A DNA stretch of 64,000 nucleotides from Alphaproteobacteria bacterium (lineage in GTDB: Bacteria > Pseudomonadota > Alphaproteobacteria > CALKHQ01), in contig CBDDFZ010000001.1 in NCBI GenBank assembly GCA_965227515.1, positions 2,624,001 through 2,688,000 of the forward strand, given 5' to 3'. A program made the translations under genes and the position numbers. Every line of letters begins with the position of its first letter. Positions within the stretch are counted from its first letter, which is position 1. Below the pieces are notes generated by a model, which was not told the origin of the DNA, ran no database searches, and was given only the letters and a program-made list of their open reading frames with translations. Below, one piece after another: positions 51,222-60,942 of the stretch.

Positions 51222-51866
51222 CTATTCGGCGTCCGGCTGGTTGGCCGGCGCGGCATCGCGGAATGCGGGCAATTCCACGCAACGGTCGTGCACCGCCATC
51301 AACCGGGGGCTGACCGAGGTGTCGCAGTCGAAACGCACCGCGCCCGCAATCTGCGGCACCAGGCACACATCGGCCAGACCCGGCTTGTCGCCAAAGCAGA
51401 ACGGCGTTTCGGGCCCGTGCGACACCAGCATCCGCTCGGCCGCGACCAGCCCGTTGCCGACCCAATACCGCACCCATTGCGCCGTGGCGTCAGCGTCGGC
51501 GCCGAACTGGCTGGCCAGCCGCTGCAGCACCCGAAGGTTGCTCAGCGGATGGATATCGCATGCGATCACTTGCGCGAACGCCCGCACCCGTGCGCGCTCG
51601 GCCGGCGTCGGCGGCAGCAGGGGCGGCTCGGGGTGTGTCTCGTCCAGGTATTCGATGATGGCCAGCGTTTGGGAGAACAACTGGCCGCCGTCGTCCAGCA
51701 CCGGCACGCCGGCGGCGGGGTTCATCGCCAGGAACGCCGCGTCGCGCTGCTCGCCCTTGCGCAGGTGAACCGGGATGTACTCGTACGCCAGCCCCTTCAG
51801 GTTGAGCGCGATCCGCGTGCGGTAGGACGTGCTGCTGCGAAAATAGTTATAGAGTTTCAAAGGCAT
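51222..51866 (-). CDS. maiA: Maleylacetoacetate isomerase (GST zeta class)
   Basis: LY.YFRSS.SYR.RIALNLKG, NP...VP.L, IACDIHPL.NLRVL, ADVCLVPQ, P.NQPDA. Confidence 0.92.
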   Translation of the reverse strand: MPLKLYNYFRSSTSYRTRIALNLKGLAYEYIPVHLRKGEQRDAAFLAMNPAAGVPVLDDGGQLFSQTLAIIEYLDETHPEPPLLPPTPAERARVRAFAQVIACDIHPLSNLRVLQRLASQFGADADATAQWVRYWVGNGLVAAERMLVSHGPETPFCFGDKPGLADVCLVPQIAGAVRFDCDTSVSPRLMAVHDRCVELPAFRDAAPANQPDAE

Positions 51867-51964
51867 GCCAGGCGTTCTTGATGCGGGGGACGGGGGCGCA
51901 ACATTGTGGCGCACTCACGCGATGGCGACTTGCCGATCGCCCGCGACCATAGCATTGTCGCGCC

Positions 51965-52825
51965 ATGCGCACAGGAAAACGAATCGGCCTGGCCACGGCG
52001 GTCGCGTTCAGTGCCGTCGTGTTGCTGGCTACCACCGGACCGTCGTCGGCCGACCGCCCGGAGGACGAGGTGGCATGGGGTGCCATCGCCGGACCGACCA
52101 GCGGCAACCCTTCGGTCATCGGCACCTACAGCAATGGCTGCGTCGCGGGTGCGGCCCCGCTGCCGCTGGAGGGGCTTGGCTTCGTGGTCATCCGCACCGA
52201 GCGGAACCGATATTGGGGCCATCCCAACCTGATCGCGTTTGTCCAGGATCTGGGCTACGCCGCCCTGCGCGACGGGCTGGGCACGCTGATGATCGCCGAC
52301 CTGGGCCAGCCGCGCGGCGGGCCGATCTCCGGTCACGCCAGCCACGAGCTGGGGCTGGATGCCGACATCTGGCTGCGGCTGCTGCCGAGCACGCTGATCA
52401 GCGCGGCCGAGCGGTCGGCGCCGACCGACATCTCGATGATCACCGCCGACGAGAGCGCCATCGACCGGACGGCGTGGACCCCGGCCCACGTCGAGCTTTA
52501 CCGGCTGGCGGCGACTGACCCCAGGGTGGACCGCATCTTCGCCCACCCGGTGATCAAGCGCGAATTGTGCGTCTCGGTAACCGGCGACCGCAGCTGGCTG
52601 GCCAAGATCCGGCCCTGGTACGGCCATGACTCGCACATGCACGTGCGCCTGTATTGCCCGTCAGGCAGCCCGGATTGCCGCCCGCAATCGGCGATCCCGG
52701 CCGGCGATGGCTGCGGTGCCGACCTCGACTGGTGGTTCGGCCCCGGCCCGCACACGCCATCCGACACGCCGCCGCCACCGCCGCCGCCGTTGCTGGACGC
52801 CTGCGTCGACCTGCTGGCGCAGTAA
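51965..52825 (+). CDS. mepA: Penicillin-insensitive murein endopeptidase
   Basis: IG.YSNGC, RNRYWGHP, QPRGGP..GHASH..GLD.DIW, RPWYGH..HMHVRL.CP. Confidence 0.93.
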   Translation: MRTGKRIGLATAVAFSAVVLLATTGPSSADRPEDEVAWGAIAGPTSGNPSVIGTYSNGCVAGAAPLPLEGLGFVVIRTERNRYWGHPNLIAFVQDLGYAALRDGLGTLMIADLGQPRGGPISGHASHELGLDADIWLRLLPSTLISAAERSAPTDISMITADESAIDRTAWTPAHVELYRLAATDPRVDRIFAHPVIKRELCVSVTGDRSWLAKIRPWYGHDSHMHVRLYCPSGSPDCRPQSAIPAGDGCGADLDWWFGPGPHTPSDTPPPPPPPLLDACVDLLAQ

Positions 52826-52835
52826 ACCCATCATC

Positions 52836-53010
52836 GTCGCCCTCGCCCTTGTGGCGAGGGCCCATTGCCGTGCCGAATTGGACGGCGGCCCAGGCTCGCT
52901 CATTCTTAATGCAGGATTGTGTGCCACGACGCCACTTGGGCCAAGCAAAGCGGGGCCAATTTTTGATGCGTGGGACAAGGATGGGTCCTCGCCACAAGGG
53001 CGAGGACGAC
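52836..53010. mobile_element. MITE/REP-like element with 30-bp terminal inverted repeats
   Basis: GTCGCCCTCGCCCTTGTGGCGAGGGCCCAT ... ATGGGTCCTCGCCACAAGGGCGAGGACGAC (2 mismatches), non-coding interior. Confidence 0.7.
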
Positions 53011-53024
53011 AGAGTGGGAGAAGC

Positions 53025-54680
53025 CTAAGCCGACTTGTTGAGGGCGGCCAGCGCCGCCGGTGTGTCGACATCGGTCAGCACGCCGGTTGAGGGCATCGCC
53101 ACCTCGCAAACCAGCTCCGCGAAGTCGCCGATCAGGTGCTTGGCGCCGACGTCGCCGGCAACGCCCTTCAGCTCAGGAAAGAACCGGCGGCCCCACAGCA
53201 CCGGGTTGCCGCGCTTGCCGCGATAGGTCGGCACGCAGATGGTGCGCCCCTCCACCGGATTGAACGCGGCGATCAGCCGGTCGAGATCGCCTGCCGTGAC
53301 CTGCGGCATGTCGCCGAGGCAGACCAGGGCGGCATCGACCTCGTCAGGCATTTCCCCGATGCCGGTGCGCAGCGAGGTGCTGAGCCCGTCGGCGTGGTCC
53401 GGATTGTGGACGAAGGCCACGTCCAGCCCCTCCAGCGCGGCTTCCACGCGCTCGCGCTCATGCCCGGTGACCACCAGCACCGACTGGGCCTTGCTGGCGA
53501 GCGCGGTCTCCACCGCGCGGCGCACCATCGGCGCGCCGTCGATGTCGACCAGCATCTTGTTGGTGGCGCCCATGCGGCGCGACTGGCCGGCGGCGAGCAC
53601 GATGGCGGTGACGTTGGGCGCCCGTTGCACCATGGACCTGGCCCTCGTGTCCTCGGCGCGCGGCTGCGGCCGGCTTGGAATTTCGGTCAGCAAGCCGCCG
53701 ACGCCCATCGCCATGATATCGGCGCGGGTCACCGGCACCCGTGCGGCGACGCGCTGCAGCACCCAGTCGAAGCCGTTCAGCTTCGGCGAGCGGGCGCAGC
53801 CCGGCAGCCCGATGACCGGCACCTCGGAATCCCCGTGCGGGATCGCTCCGATCAGGAGGAGGTTGCCGGGGTCGACCGGCATGCCGAAATGGTCGACCCG
53901 GCCGCCCGCGGCTTCGATGCCGGCGGGCAGCACGTCCTGACGGTCGACGATGGCCGACGCCCCGGCAATGAACAGCGCATCCGGGCCGGTCTTCAGTGCG
54001 GCGGCGATGGCGTCCGCCAATGCAGCGGTGTCATGGGCGCAGCGCGACGTATGCCCCAGTGAGCCGCCGACGCTGGCCAGCCGGTCGTCGGTCACCCGCT
54101 CGGTGTTGTCGAATATGGCGGGCTTCATGCCCTCCAGCGTGGTCTGCACCAGCGCAGCGGTCAGCGGCCGGTAGGGGGCGAGGCGCACCGCAGGGTCCGC
54201 GCCCTCGGCGGCGGCAATGGCGCGATCCAGGTCGGCGCGCGGCACCGCGAACGGAATGATCTTGATGGTCGCCGCCATCTGCCGCGTGGTGGCGGCGTCG
54301 TAGGCGGGCAGGGTGGCGATGGTGATCGCCTCGTCGATGGCATTGATGGCGTCGATCCGCGCCCGGTCGACCAGCACGATGCCGTCGGCGTCGGCGATCA
54401 GGTTGCAGCGCCCGGTGAACGGTGCGGCGACCGACAGGCCCGGCCCGGCGACGGCATTGGCCAGCTCGGCGGCGGCCTCGTCTTCCGCAACATCGTCCTC
54501 TGCGAGCCGGGCGGCGATGACGGTTTCGTGCCCGGCGCCGGCCAGCAGCGCCACATCATCGGTACTCAGCACACGGCCCTTTTTGAACACGGTGCGGCGG
54601 CCGTCGCTATCGTTCAGCCGGACGGCATGGGCCAGGATGGCTCCCTCGGCCTCGGCGACGGCGATATCGCCGAAGATCAT
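53025..54680 (-). CDS. Molybdopterin-binding domain + MocA-like molybdenum cofactor cytidylyltransferase fusion
   Basis: GMPVDPGNLL, PGCARSPK.NGFDWVL, C-terminal LAAGQSRRMG..NK, LGDMP, RGNPVLW, GDVGA, DVDTP. Confidence 0.88.
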   Translation of the reverse strand: MIFGDIAVAEAEGAILAHAVRLNDSDGRRTVFKKGRVLSTDDVALLAGAGHETVIAARLAEDDVAEDEAAAELANAVAGPGLSVAAPFTGRCNLIADADGIVLVDRARIDAINAIDEAITIATLPAYDAATTRQMAATIKIIPFAVPRADLDRAIAAAEGADPAVRLAPYRPLTAALVQTTLEGMKPAIFDNTERVTDDRLASVGGSLGHTSRCAHDTAALADAIAAALKTGPDALFIAGASAIVDRQDVLPAGIEAAGGRVDHFGMPVDPGNLLLIGAIPHGDSEVPVIGLPGCARSPKLNGFDWVLQRVAARVPVTRADIMAMGVGGLLTEIPSRPQPRAEDTRARSMVQRAPNVTAIVLAAGQSRRMGATNKMLVDIDGAPMVRRAVETALASKAQSVLVVTGHERERVEAALEGLDVAFVHNPDHADGLSTSLRTGIGEMPDEVDAALVCLGDMPQVTAGDLDRLIAAFNPVEGRTICVPTYRGKRGNPVLWGRRFFPELKGVAGDVGAKHLIGDFAELVCEVAMPSTGVLTDVDTPAALAALNKSA

Positions 54681-55402
54681 GCCGCGGCGTCCTGGGAAGT
54701 GTCCAAATCCGGCGGGCGGCGTAGCACCTGGGTGATCTGGCCGACGATGGAAATCGCGATCTCGGCCGGCGAGGCGGCGTTGATCGACAGGCCGACCGGG
54801 CCGTGGATGCGGTCGAGGGCGGCCTGGTCATGGCCCAGGGCGGTCAGCCGCTTCAGCCGGGCGGCGTGGGTCTTCCGGCTGCCCAGAGCGCCGATGTAGA
54901 ACGCGTCGGACTTGAGTGCTGCGTCCAGCGCCGGGTCGTCCAGCTTCGGATCGTGGGTCAGGGTGACGATGGCGGTGCGATGGTCGGGCTTGAGGCGCTC
55001 GATCGCCTCGTCTGGCCAATCGTCGGTCAGGTCGATGCCGGGGAAGCGGTCGCGGGTGGCGAACGCGCCGCGCGGGTCGACAATGGTCACCGCATAGCCG
55101 GTGGCGGTGGCAATCGGCACCAGCGGTTGGGCGATGTGGACCGCGCCGACCAGGATCAGGCGCAACGGCGGCGACCAGACCTGGATGAACAGTTCGCGCT
55201 CGCCCAGCGTATCGGTACCGCTCTTGTCGTTGCGGATGCGGTCCTGCACCGCCTGCAACAGTTGCGGCGCGGCGGCGATATCGCCCTGGACGGTGTGGCC
55301 GTCGCTGATCGACTGGGCACCGTCGGCCAGATCGGTGATGACCGCGATGGCGCGTTTCTCGGCACGCGCCGCGCGGACGGCGTCGAAGACCGCGCGCTTC
55401 AC
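54677..55402 (-). CDS. XdhC/CoxF family protein (C-terminal Rossmann part)
   Basis: GAVHIAQ.L, DPR..FA...RFP, LTHDPKLDD.AL, YIGALGSRKTH, GP.GL.I.A.SPAEIA. Confidence 0.9.
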   Translation of the reverse strand: MKRAVFDAVRAARAEKRAIAVITDLADGAQSISDGHTVQGDIAAAPQLLQAVQDRIRNDKSGTDTLGERELFIQVWSPPLRLILVGAVHIAQPLVPIATATGYAVTIVDPRGAFATRDRFPGIDLTDDWPDEAIERLKPDHRTAIVTLTHDPKLDDPALDAALKSDAFYIGALGSRKTHAARLKRLTALGHDQAALDRIHGPVGLSINAASPAEIAISIVGQITQVLRRPPDLDTSQDAAA

Positions 55403-55749
55403 GACATCGCCTCCACGAACACTTCGACCTTGCCGCCGCAGGCAAGCCCCACGTGCCAAGCGTCCTCGTGGCTGACGCCGAAGCTGAGCCGCCGAGGCTC
55501 GCCGTCGCGCATCGCCTTCAGCGCCTCTTCGACCACGGCACCCTCGATGCAGCCGCCGGAGACGGAGCCGACCATGGCGCCGTCCTCGTCGACGGCGAGT
55601 TGGCTGCCGATGGGCCGGGGCGAGGAGCCCCAGGTCTTGACCACGGTGGCCAGCGCCACTTTTCGGCCCGCGTCCTGCCAGTCGGCGATCTGCTGCAGAA
55701 TGGCGTCGGGGCCGGCGAAAAGCGTGTCTGACGTTGTGGTTTCGGTCAT
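55399..55749 (-). CDS. XdhC/CoxI family protein (N-terminal part)
   Basis: ALATVV.TWGSSPRP.GS, GSVSGGCIEGAV, VGLACGG. Confidence 0.9.
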   Translation of the reverse strand: MTETTTSDTLFAGPDAILQQIADWQDAGRKVALATVVKTWGSSPRPIGSQLAVDEDGAMVGSVSGGCIEGAVVEEALKAMRDGEPRRLSFGVSHEDAWHVGLACGGKVEVFVEAMS

Positions 55750-57011
55750 GCCGCCTGCTCCATCCGGTGATCTATTTGCCTTTCGCCAAGGCGGCTCAGC
55801 GCCTCGGAAAGCTCGCTCAGGGTGTTGAGATTGTGCACCGGGCGGAAGTCGTCAACGTGGGGCAGGATCGCGCGGATGCCCAGCGACTTCGGCTCGAAGC
55901 CGTCGAAGCGCAGCAACGGGTTGAGCCAGATCAGCCGGCGGCAGGACTTGTGCAGGCGCTCGACCTGGTCCTCCAGCCCCTCGGCCGCGTCGCGGTCCAA
56001 CCCGTCGGAGATCAGCAGCACCACCGCGCCCTGGCCCAGAACCCGGCGCGACCACAGCCGGTTGAAATCCTCGATGCACGAGCCGATGCGGGTGCCGCCC
56101 GACCAGTCCTCCACCGCCTCGGTGCAGCCGGCCAGCGCCACGTCGACGTCCTTGGCCCGCATCTGGCGGGTCACGTTGGTCAGCCGGGTGCCGAACAGGA
56201 AGGTGTGCACCCGGTCGCGGTCGTTGGTGATGGCGTGCAGGAAGTGCAGCATCATGCGCGAATAGCGGCTCATGGAGCCGGAGATATCGCACAGCACCAC
56301 CAGCGGCGGATGGCGGCGGCGTCGCGTGCGGCGTTTCAGCGGGATCGACTGGCCGCCGGTGCGCAGTGCGGCCCGCAGGGTCGCGCGCATGTCGATGCGC
56401 CGTCCGGCCGGGTCCTGGTGGAAGCGCCGGGTGGGCACGTCCATAATCGGCAGCCGCATGCGGGCGATGGCGCGCTTGGCCTCCTCCACCTCCTCGGCGG
56501 ACATCTCCTCGAAGTCGACCGACTGCAACAGTTCGTTGTCGGACACGGTCATCACCGCGTCCAACTCGATCTCGGTGTCGTCGCTCACCTCGTCGACGTC
56601 GGTCTCTTCCTGCTCCGGCTGGTTGCCGCGCATCGCGTCCTCGATGCGGCGGTTGATCTGGCTCTTCTCCGGCGGCTTCGACGGGTCGTCGAACGAGAAG
56701 GTGGGCAGTACCAGGCTCATCATCTGTTCCAGGATCTTCGGGTTGCGCCAGAAGACGTGGAACGCCTGGTTGAACAGCTCGCGGTGGGCGCGCCTGTTGA
56801 CGAACACGGCGTGCAGCGCCCAGTAGAAATCGTCGCGGCGGTGCAGGCCGACCGTTTCCACCGCCTTCACGGCCTCGATCACCTTGCCGGGACCGATCGG
56901 CAGGCCGGCGGCGCGCAGCACGCGGGCGAAGTGCATGATGTTGGCGAATAGCATGCCCTTGCCGCCGGTGACGCGGTTCCAGGGGGCGTCCTTGTCGAAG
57001 ATGGTCTGCAT
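55746..57011 (-). CDS. coxE: CoxE-like VWA-domain protein
   Basis: FAR.LR.AG, CDISGSM..YSR, F.FGTRLT, DWSGGTRIG, SDGLDR, WLNPLL. Confidence 0.88.
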   Translation of the reverse strand: MQTIFDKDAPWNRVTGGKGMLFANIMHFARVLRAAGLPIGPGKVIEAVKAVETVGLHRRDDFYWALHAVFVNRRAHRELFNQAFHVFWRNPKILEQMMSLVLPTFSFDDPSKPPEKSQINRRIEDAMRGNQPEQEETDVDEVSDDTEIELDAVMTVSDNELLQSVDFEEMSAEEVEEAKRAIARMRLPIMDVPTRRFHQDPAGRRIDMRATLRAALRTGGQSIPLKRRTRRRRHPPLVVLCDISGSMSRYSRMMLHFLHAITNDRDRVHTFLFGTRLTNVTRQMRAKDVDVALAGCTEAVEDWSGGTRIGSCIEDFNRLWSRRVLGQGAVVLLISDGLDRDAAEGLEDQVERLHKSCRRLIWLNPLLRFDGFEPKSLGIRAILPHVDDFRPVHNLNTLSELSEALSRLGERQIDHRMEQAA

Positions 57012-57037
57012 GGGCTCAGTCCTTGCCACCACTCATT

Positions 57038-57128
57038 CGTCATGCTCGGGCTTGACCCGAGCATCCACGAGATGGCGGCTCAAGCCGCCAATTAGACGTG
57101 GATGCCCGCAACAAGTGCGGGCATGACG
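57038..57128. repeat. CGTC-type palindromic repeat
   Basis: CGTCATGCTCGGGCTTGACCCGAGCATCCAC ... GTGGATGCCCGCAACAAGTGCGGGCATGACG. Confidence 0.85.
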
Positions 57129-57172
57129 GTGGTGGTGCGGGGCAGGCAGTGTCTTGGTCTCCGACCGCCCGC

Positions 57173-58090
57173 CTAGATCGCCGGCGTCGCGGCCAGTTCG
57201 GCGTTGACGCTGTTCAGGATGCGCTGCGCCTCGGAGCCCTGCAGGCGCGCGATGTCGTCCTGGTACTTCAGCAGCGCGCCCAGGGTGTCGTTGATGGTCT
57301 GCGGGTCGAGCTCGATCACGTCCAGGGTGGTCAGCGCCTTGGTCCAGTCGATGGTCTCCGCGATGCCCGGCAGCTTGAACAGATCCAGCGTGCGCACCTC
57401 CTGGATGAAGGCGACGACCTGCTGGGTCAGCCGCTTGTCGGCATCGGGCGCCTTGATGCGCAGGATTTTCAGCTCCTGCTCGGCGGTCGGGTAGTCGACC
57501 CAGTAGTAGAAACAACGCCGCTTCAGGGCGTCGTGGATCTCTCGGGTGCGGTTCGACGTGATGATGACGATCGGCGGCTGGGCCGCCTTGATCGAGCCGA
57601 TCTCCGGCACCGTCACCTGGAAGTCGGACAGCGCCTCCAGCAGGAACGCTTCGAACGGCTCGTCGGTGCGGTCCAGCTCGTCGATCAGCAGCACAGGCAC
57701 CCCGCCCTCGTGCGGCTCCATCGCTTGCAGCAGCGGCCGCTTGATCAGGAAGCGCTCGGCGAAGATATCCTGGCCCAGATTGTCCCGGTCGGCGGTGCCC
57801 GCGGCCTCCGCCAGCCTGATCTCGATCATCTGGCGGGCGTAGTTCCATTCGTAGACGGCCGAGGCGACGTCCAGCCCCTCGTAGCATTGCAGGCGCACCA
57901 GATCGCGCCCCAGGGTCTGGGACAGCACCTTGGCAATCTCCGTCTTGCCGACGCCGGCCTCGCCCTCCAGGAACAGCGGGCGGTTGAGCTTCAGCGACAG
58001 ATAGACGGCGGTGGCCAGGCTACGGTCGGCGACGTAGTCGCCACCGGCAAGCAGTTCGGTGACGGCGTCAACCGAGGTCGGCAATTCCAT
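57173..58090 (-). CDS. coxD: CoxD-like MoxR AAA+ ATPase
   Basis: LEGEAGVGKTE, RLQCYEGLD, LLIDELDR.DE.FEA, TSNRTRE.HDALKRRC. Confidence 0.92.
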   Translation of the reverse strand: MELPTSVDAVTELLAGGDYVADRSLATAVYLSLKLNRPLFLEGEAGVGKTEIAKVLSQTLGRDLVRLQCYEGLDVASAVYEWNYARQMIEIRLAEAAGTADRDNLGQDIFAERFLIKRPLLQAMEPHEGGVPVLLIDELDRTDEPFEAFLLEALSDFQVTVPEIGSIKAAQPPIVIITSNRTREIHDALKRRCFYYWVDYPTAEQELKILRIKAPDADKRLTQQVVAFIQEVRTLDLFKLPGIAETIDWTKALTTLDVIELDPQTINDTLGALLKYQDDIARLQGSEAQRILNSVNAELAATPAI

Positions 58091-58177
58091 GAGCGGCAGG
58101 ATCCCAGTTCGATAGCGGTGGAGGCGCCCGTCGAACGGGCACTGCACTATAGAATCTGGCAACTGATTGGCAACAAG

Positions 58178-58204
58178 GCGAGGGGGCGCGTCAGCACGTC
58201 GCTG
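58178..58204 (+). repeat. Left copy of a 27-bp direct repeat bounding an island
   Basis: GCGAGGGGGCGCGTCAGCACGTCGCTG, identical to 62050-62076. Confidence 0.92.
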
Positions 58205-58358
58205 GTAATCACTTGAACTGGCCAGTTCGGGTCGATTGGCCGCATCATTTGCATTCTTGAACTTGGTGCTGCACCATTGCGCGACCCACATTCGCCGTGG
58301 AGTGCGGGCCGTGATTTTGCAAAGCCATTTTCTGCGATCGACGCCAGCATCCCTACTG

Positions 58359-59018
58359 ATGCGATTGGCCCTACTGTGCGTGGTGGGCCTGATCGTGGCC
58401 ATCCCTCCGGTGCGCGCTCAAGACGCGCCCGATGACGCCCAAGGCGTGACGGAGGAGACCCAGAACACATCGCCGGAGGACAACTTCGCGGTGGTCGCGC
58501 GGGTTCGGGTGCGTGCCGACACGCTGATGCCGGAAGTCATGGAGATCGGGGTCTATTGCGCGATCTATTCGGCGCTTTACACCGACGAGGCCGACAAGGG
58601 CGGGGCGTTGGTCGGAGAGAGTTACATCTACTTCTATCGAAGTGACGTCGACTTCGATTCCGTGTTGCGCGCGATGGACAGGCCCGACATTCACTCGGAC
58701 TACAATGTCCAGTTCCATAAATTTGAGGGCGACGACATAAATCAAACCGTGGAGGCGATCTTCCAAAGTGCTGAACGGGGTTCCTTGCGGCCCCTGCATG
58801 CCTGGACTCACGGCGACTGCACCCTTTTCGTGGTCGACGAGCGGCCGCCAAATCAGTCCTACCTTCCGCAGGACTGCACTGGGGAGCGCGAGGCGCCGCC
58901 GGCCTTTCTCGGCCACTGCATTTGGCCGGGTAGCGAACCCAAGATCGTTGCCGAGTTCACCCGTCCGGGGCTGGACGGCGTCAGTTTCGGCGGGGCAGGC
59001 GATGGTGGTGGAGAGTAA
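58359..59018 (+). CDS. Secreted hypothetical protein, island paralog 1
   Basis: Signal peptide (VRA-QD); shares V.C.+, W..G.C and C.WPG..P motifs with 59002..59727 and 60289..60921. Confidence 0.7.
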   Translation: MRLALLCVVGLIVAIPPVRAQDAPDDAQGVTEETQNTSPEDNFAVVARVRVRADTLMPEVMEIGVYCAIYSALYTDEADKGGALVGESYIYFYRSDVDFDSVLRAMDRPDIHSDYNVQFHKFEGDDINQTVEAIFQSAERGSLRPLHAWTHGDCTLFVVDERPPNQSYLPQDCTGEREAPPAFLGHCIWPGSEPKIVAEFTRPGLDGVSFGGAGDGGGE

Positions 59019-59727
59019 GGCAACGCGGCGGTCGGAATACGGCCAGCGTGCTGCCGCACCTGCGCGCCTGACGGCCCTTGTCACGGCACTGGCAGTCGCT
59101 ACAGCGCTGGCGTGGCCAGGTTCGTCCAACGCCGAGGACGGCGATGAATGGCCGTCGCTTTTTGACATCGTGGTTACCCCGCCTCCTGCTATGCAGATAG
59201 CGGTGCCGATTGAGGTCACTAACCTGGTTCGGTCAGCGAACGTCGTGCTGGTCCAGTGCTACCTGTCGGCTGGGGCTGCTGGCTCTGGGCTGTTGGATGA
59301 AGTCACTGGGCTGCCGGACGAATCATATCCGGTCGTTGGTGCGGGAACTGTGGTGCTTCATCAAGAGGACGTGGACTTTGCGCGCTGGCGGCAGTTCTTC
59401 GACCCTAGAAGGAACCCGCTAGCGTCCGGCCTGCACGTCGAAGTATTCGGGGGCAATCGTATCGTCAAAACCGTGATGGTTCCGATAGCCACCGTCGATG
59501 AGACAGTCTCGATTGAGACCTGGGTCAACGGATGGTGCGACATTGAAATCTACGATGGATTGCCGAACCAGCCGCTTCAACGAATTGATGGACAGTCCGG
59601 GGTCGTAAGAGGCTCGCCGAGCTTATGCAATGGCAATGGGCTACGCGATCATCTGGAAGAGTGCGTGTGGCCGGGCTCCACGCCAAAAGCGGTGATCATT
59701 TTCACGCGCGACGGACTGGGGGACTGA
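59002..59727 (+). CDS. Secreted hypothetical protein, island paralog 2
   Basis: Signal-like region ending SNA-ED; VQCYLS, ETWVNGWC, ECVWPGSTP, FTRDGL. Confidence 0.7.
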   Translation: MVVESKATRRSEYGQRAAAPARLTALVTALAVATALAWPGSSNAEDGDEWPSLFDIVVTPPPAMQIAVPIEVTNLVRSANVVLVQCYLSAGAAGSGLLDEVTGLPDESYPVVGAGTVVLHQEDVDFARWRQFFDPRRNPLASGLHVEVFGGNRIVKTVMVPIATVDETVSIETWVNGWCDIEIYDGLPNQPLQRIDGQSGVVRGSPSLCNGNGLRDHLEECVWPGSTPKAVIIFTRDGLGD

Positions 59728-59808
59728 GATGTTCAGGACGGTGGCCAGGTCGCGATGGCAAGTCGCCGTAGCCATCCAGGTTCTGACCGGCAGGGTCGGG
59801 TCTGGGCC

Positions 59809-60279
59809 ATGACAGAACGTGCCGACAAGGCGATGCGCGAGACGGTGCGGCAGTGGCTGATCGATGCCGAAGTGGGCCTGATCGATCGCAGTACGCTGGT
59901 CCAGCGCATCGACCGCACCATCGGTGATATGGATGCGCCGCCGCACTACTTGTTGCAGTTGTCCACGGGGGCCTCTGTGGCGTACGAGCCGCGGGTCGAC
60001 CTGGCCCTCGAGCCACAGACGCACGCCGATCTCAAGTCGCTGGCCGCACGGCTGCTTGCAGGTTTCCAGGCCGGCGAATTGTCGTCCAGCAGGGTGGCGG
60101 AAATCGCCTTCAAGACGAGCCTACTTGGCGCCGCGCACGCGGACCCAGTATTGGCGACATTCGCACGTATCAGCGACGAACTGCATTTCATCGAGGTCGG
60201 TGCCGGCGCCACCACGGACGATTTCGAGCGGTTTGTGGTCGACGCGCTCCGGCGGTTGTCGGACGGTGCAACGGGGTAG
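59809..60279 (+). CDS. Hypothetical cytoplasmic helical protein (island)
   Basis: Co-oriented ORF between paralogs, no signal peptide; no family recognised. Confidence 0.55.
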   Translation: MTERADKAMRETVRQWLIDAEVGLIDRSTLVQRIDRTIGDMDAPPHYLLQLSTGASVAYEPRVDLALEPQTHADLKSLAARLLAGFQAGELSSSRVAEIAFKTSLLGAAHADPVLATFARISDELHFIEVGAGATTDDFERFVVDALRRLSDGATG

Positions 60280-60288
60280 GGGGCTGTC

Positions 60289-60921
60289 GTGGTCTTGACG
60301 AAGTCGCAGCGTGAATTCGAGGGCAGCAGAGGGGTGCGCAGGCCAGGGTTTACCACTCCGGTAATAGCTATCGCGTTGCTCTGGGCCCACGCTCACGCCG
60401 ATCCCGCTTGGGCGGAAGAGGACGGGGAGCTGACGCAAATGGCCGTACCGGTGCAAGTTCGCATCGATCGCCTAACGTCTGACGTGACGGTAGTCGAAAT
60501 TGCCTGCGAGCTGTACTCGTCGTTCGCCAGCACAGACCAGGCCATTGCCGAAGGCAGTTTCTTGCTGGCGCGAGCCGGCGTTGGCGATGTACTTGGCCCG
60601 GATACAGTGTTCGACGGCAATTCCATATCTGAGAACCTATCGGTAATGGTCGCCTCGATCGAGGGTGCCGTGTCCCTGGAAGCGTGGACGCACGGTATGT
60701 GCAGACTGGAATTCCACGGAGAATTGGCTGGCTCGGGCGAGTCGTCGAACGATGTTCTCACGACGTCGTCAGACGTAGAAATCGCAACGGACTGCCAAGG
60801 CGGCGCTTTGGGTGCCGCCTCATTTATTGGCCACTGCGTCTGGCCAGGCACCAATCCCGACACAGCCGAGATCACGTTCGAACGGCCCGGTGTGCTGACA
60901 AGCGTTGTCGACGACATGTAG
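60289..60921 (+). CDS. Secreted hypothetical protein, island paralog 3
   Basis: Signal-like region ending AHA/AWA-EE; IACELYS, EAWTHGMC, HCVWPGTNP, FERPGV. Confidence 0.7.
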   Translation: MVLTKSQREFEGSRGVRRPGFTTPVIAIALLWAHAHADPAWAEEDGELTQMAVPVQVRIDRLTSDVTVVEIACELYSSFASTDQAIAEGSFLLARAGVGDVLGPDTVFDGNSISENLSVMVASIEGAVSLEAWTHGMCRLEFHGELAGSGESSNDVLTTSSDVEIATDCQGGALGAASFIGHCVWPGTNPDTAEITFERPGVLTSVVDDM

Positions 60922-60942
60922 CCGGGCGATCGGTCGCTGCCA

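Noticed and set aside
53025-58090. Aerobic CO dehydrogenase locus
   Set aside because: Only accessory coxD/coxE/xdhC/mocA-like genes are present; no coxMSL structural genes in the window.
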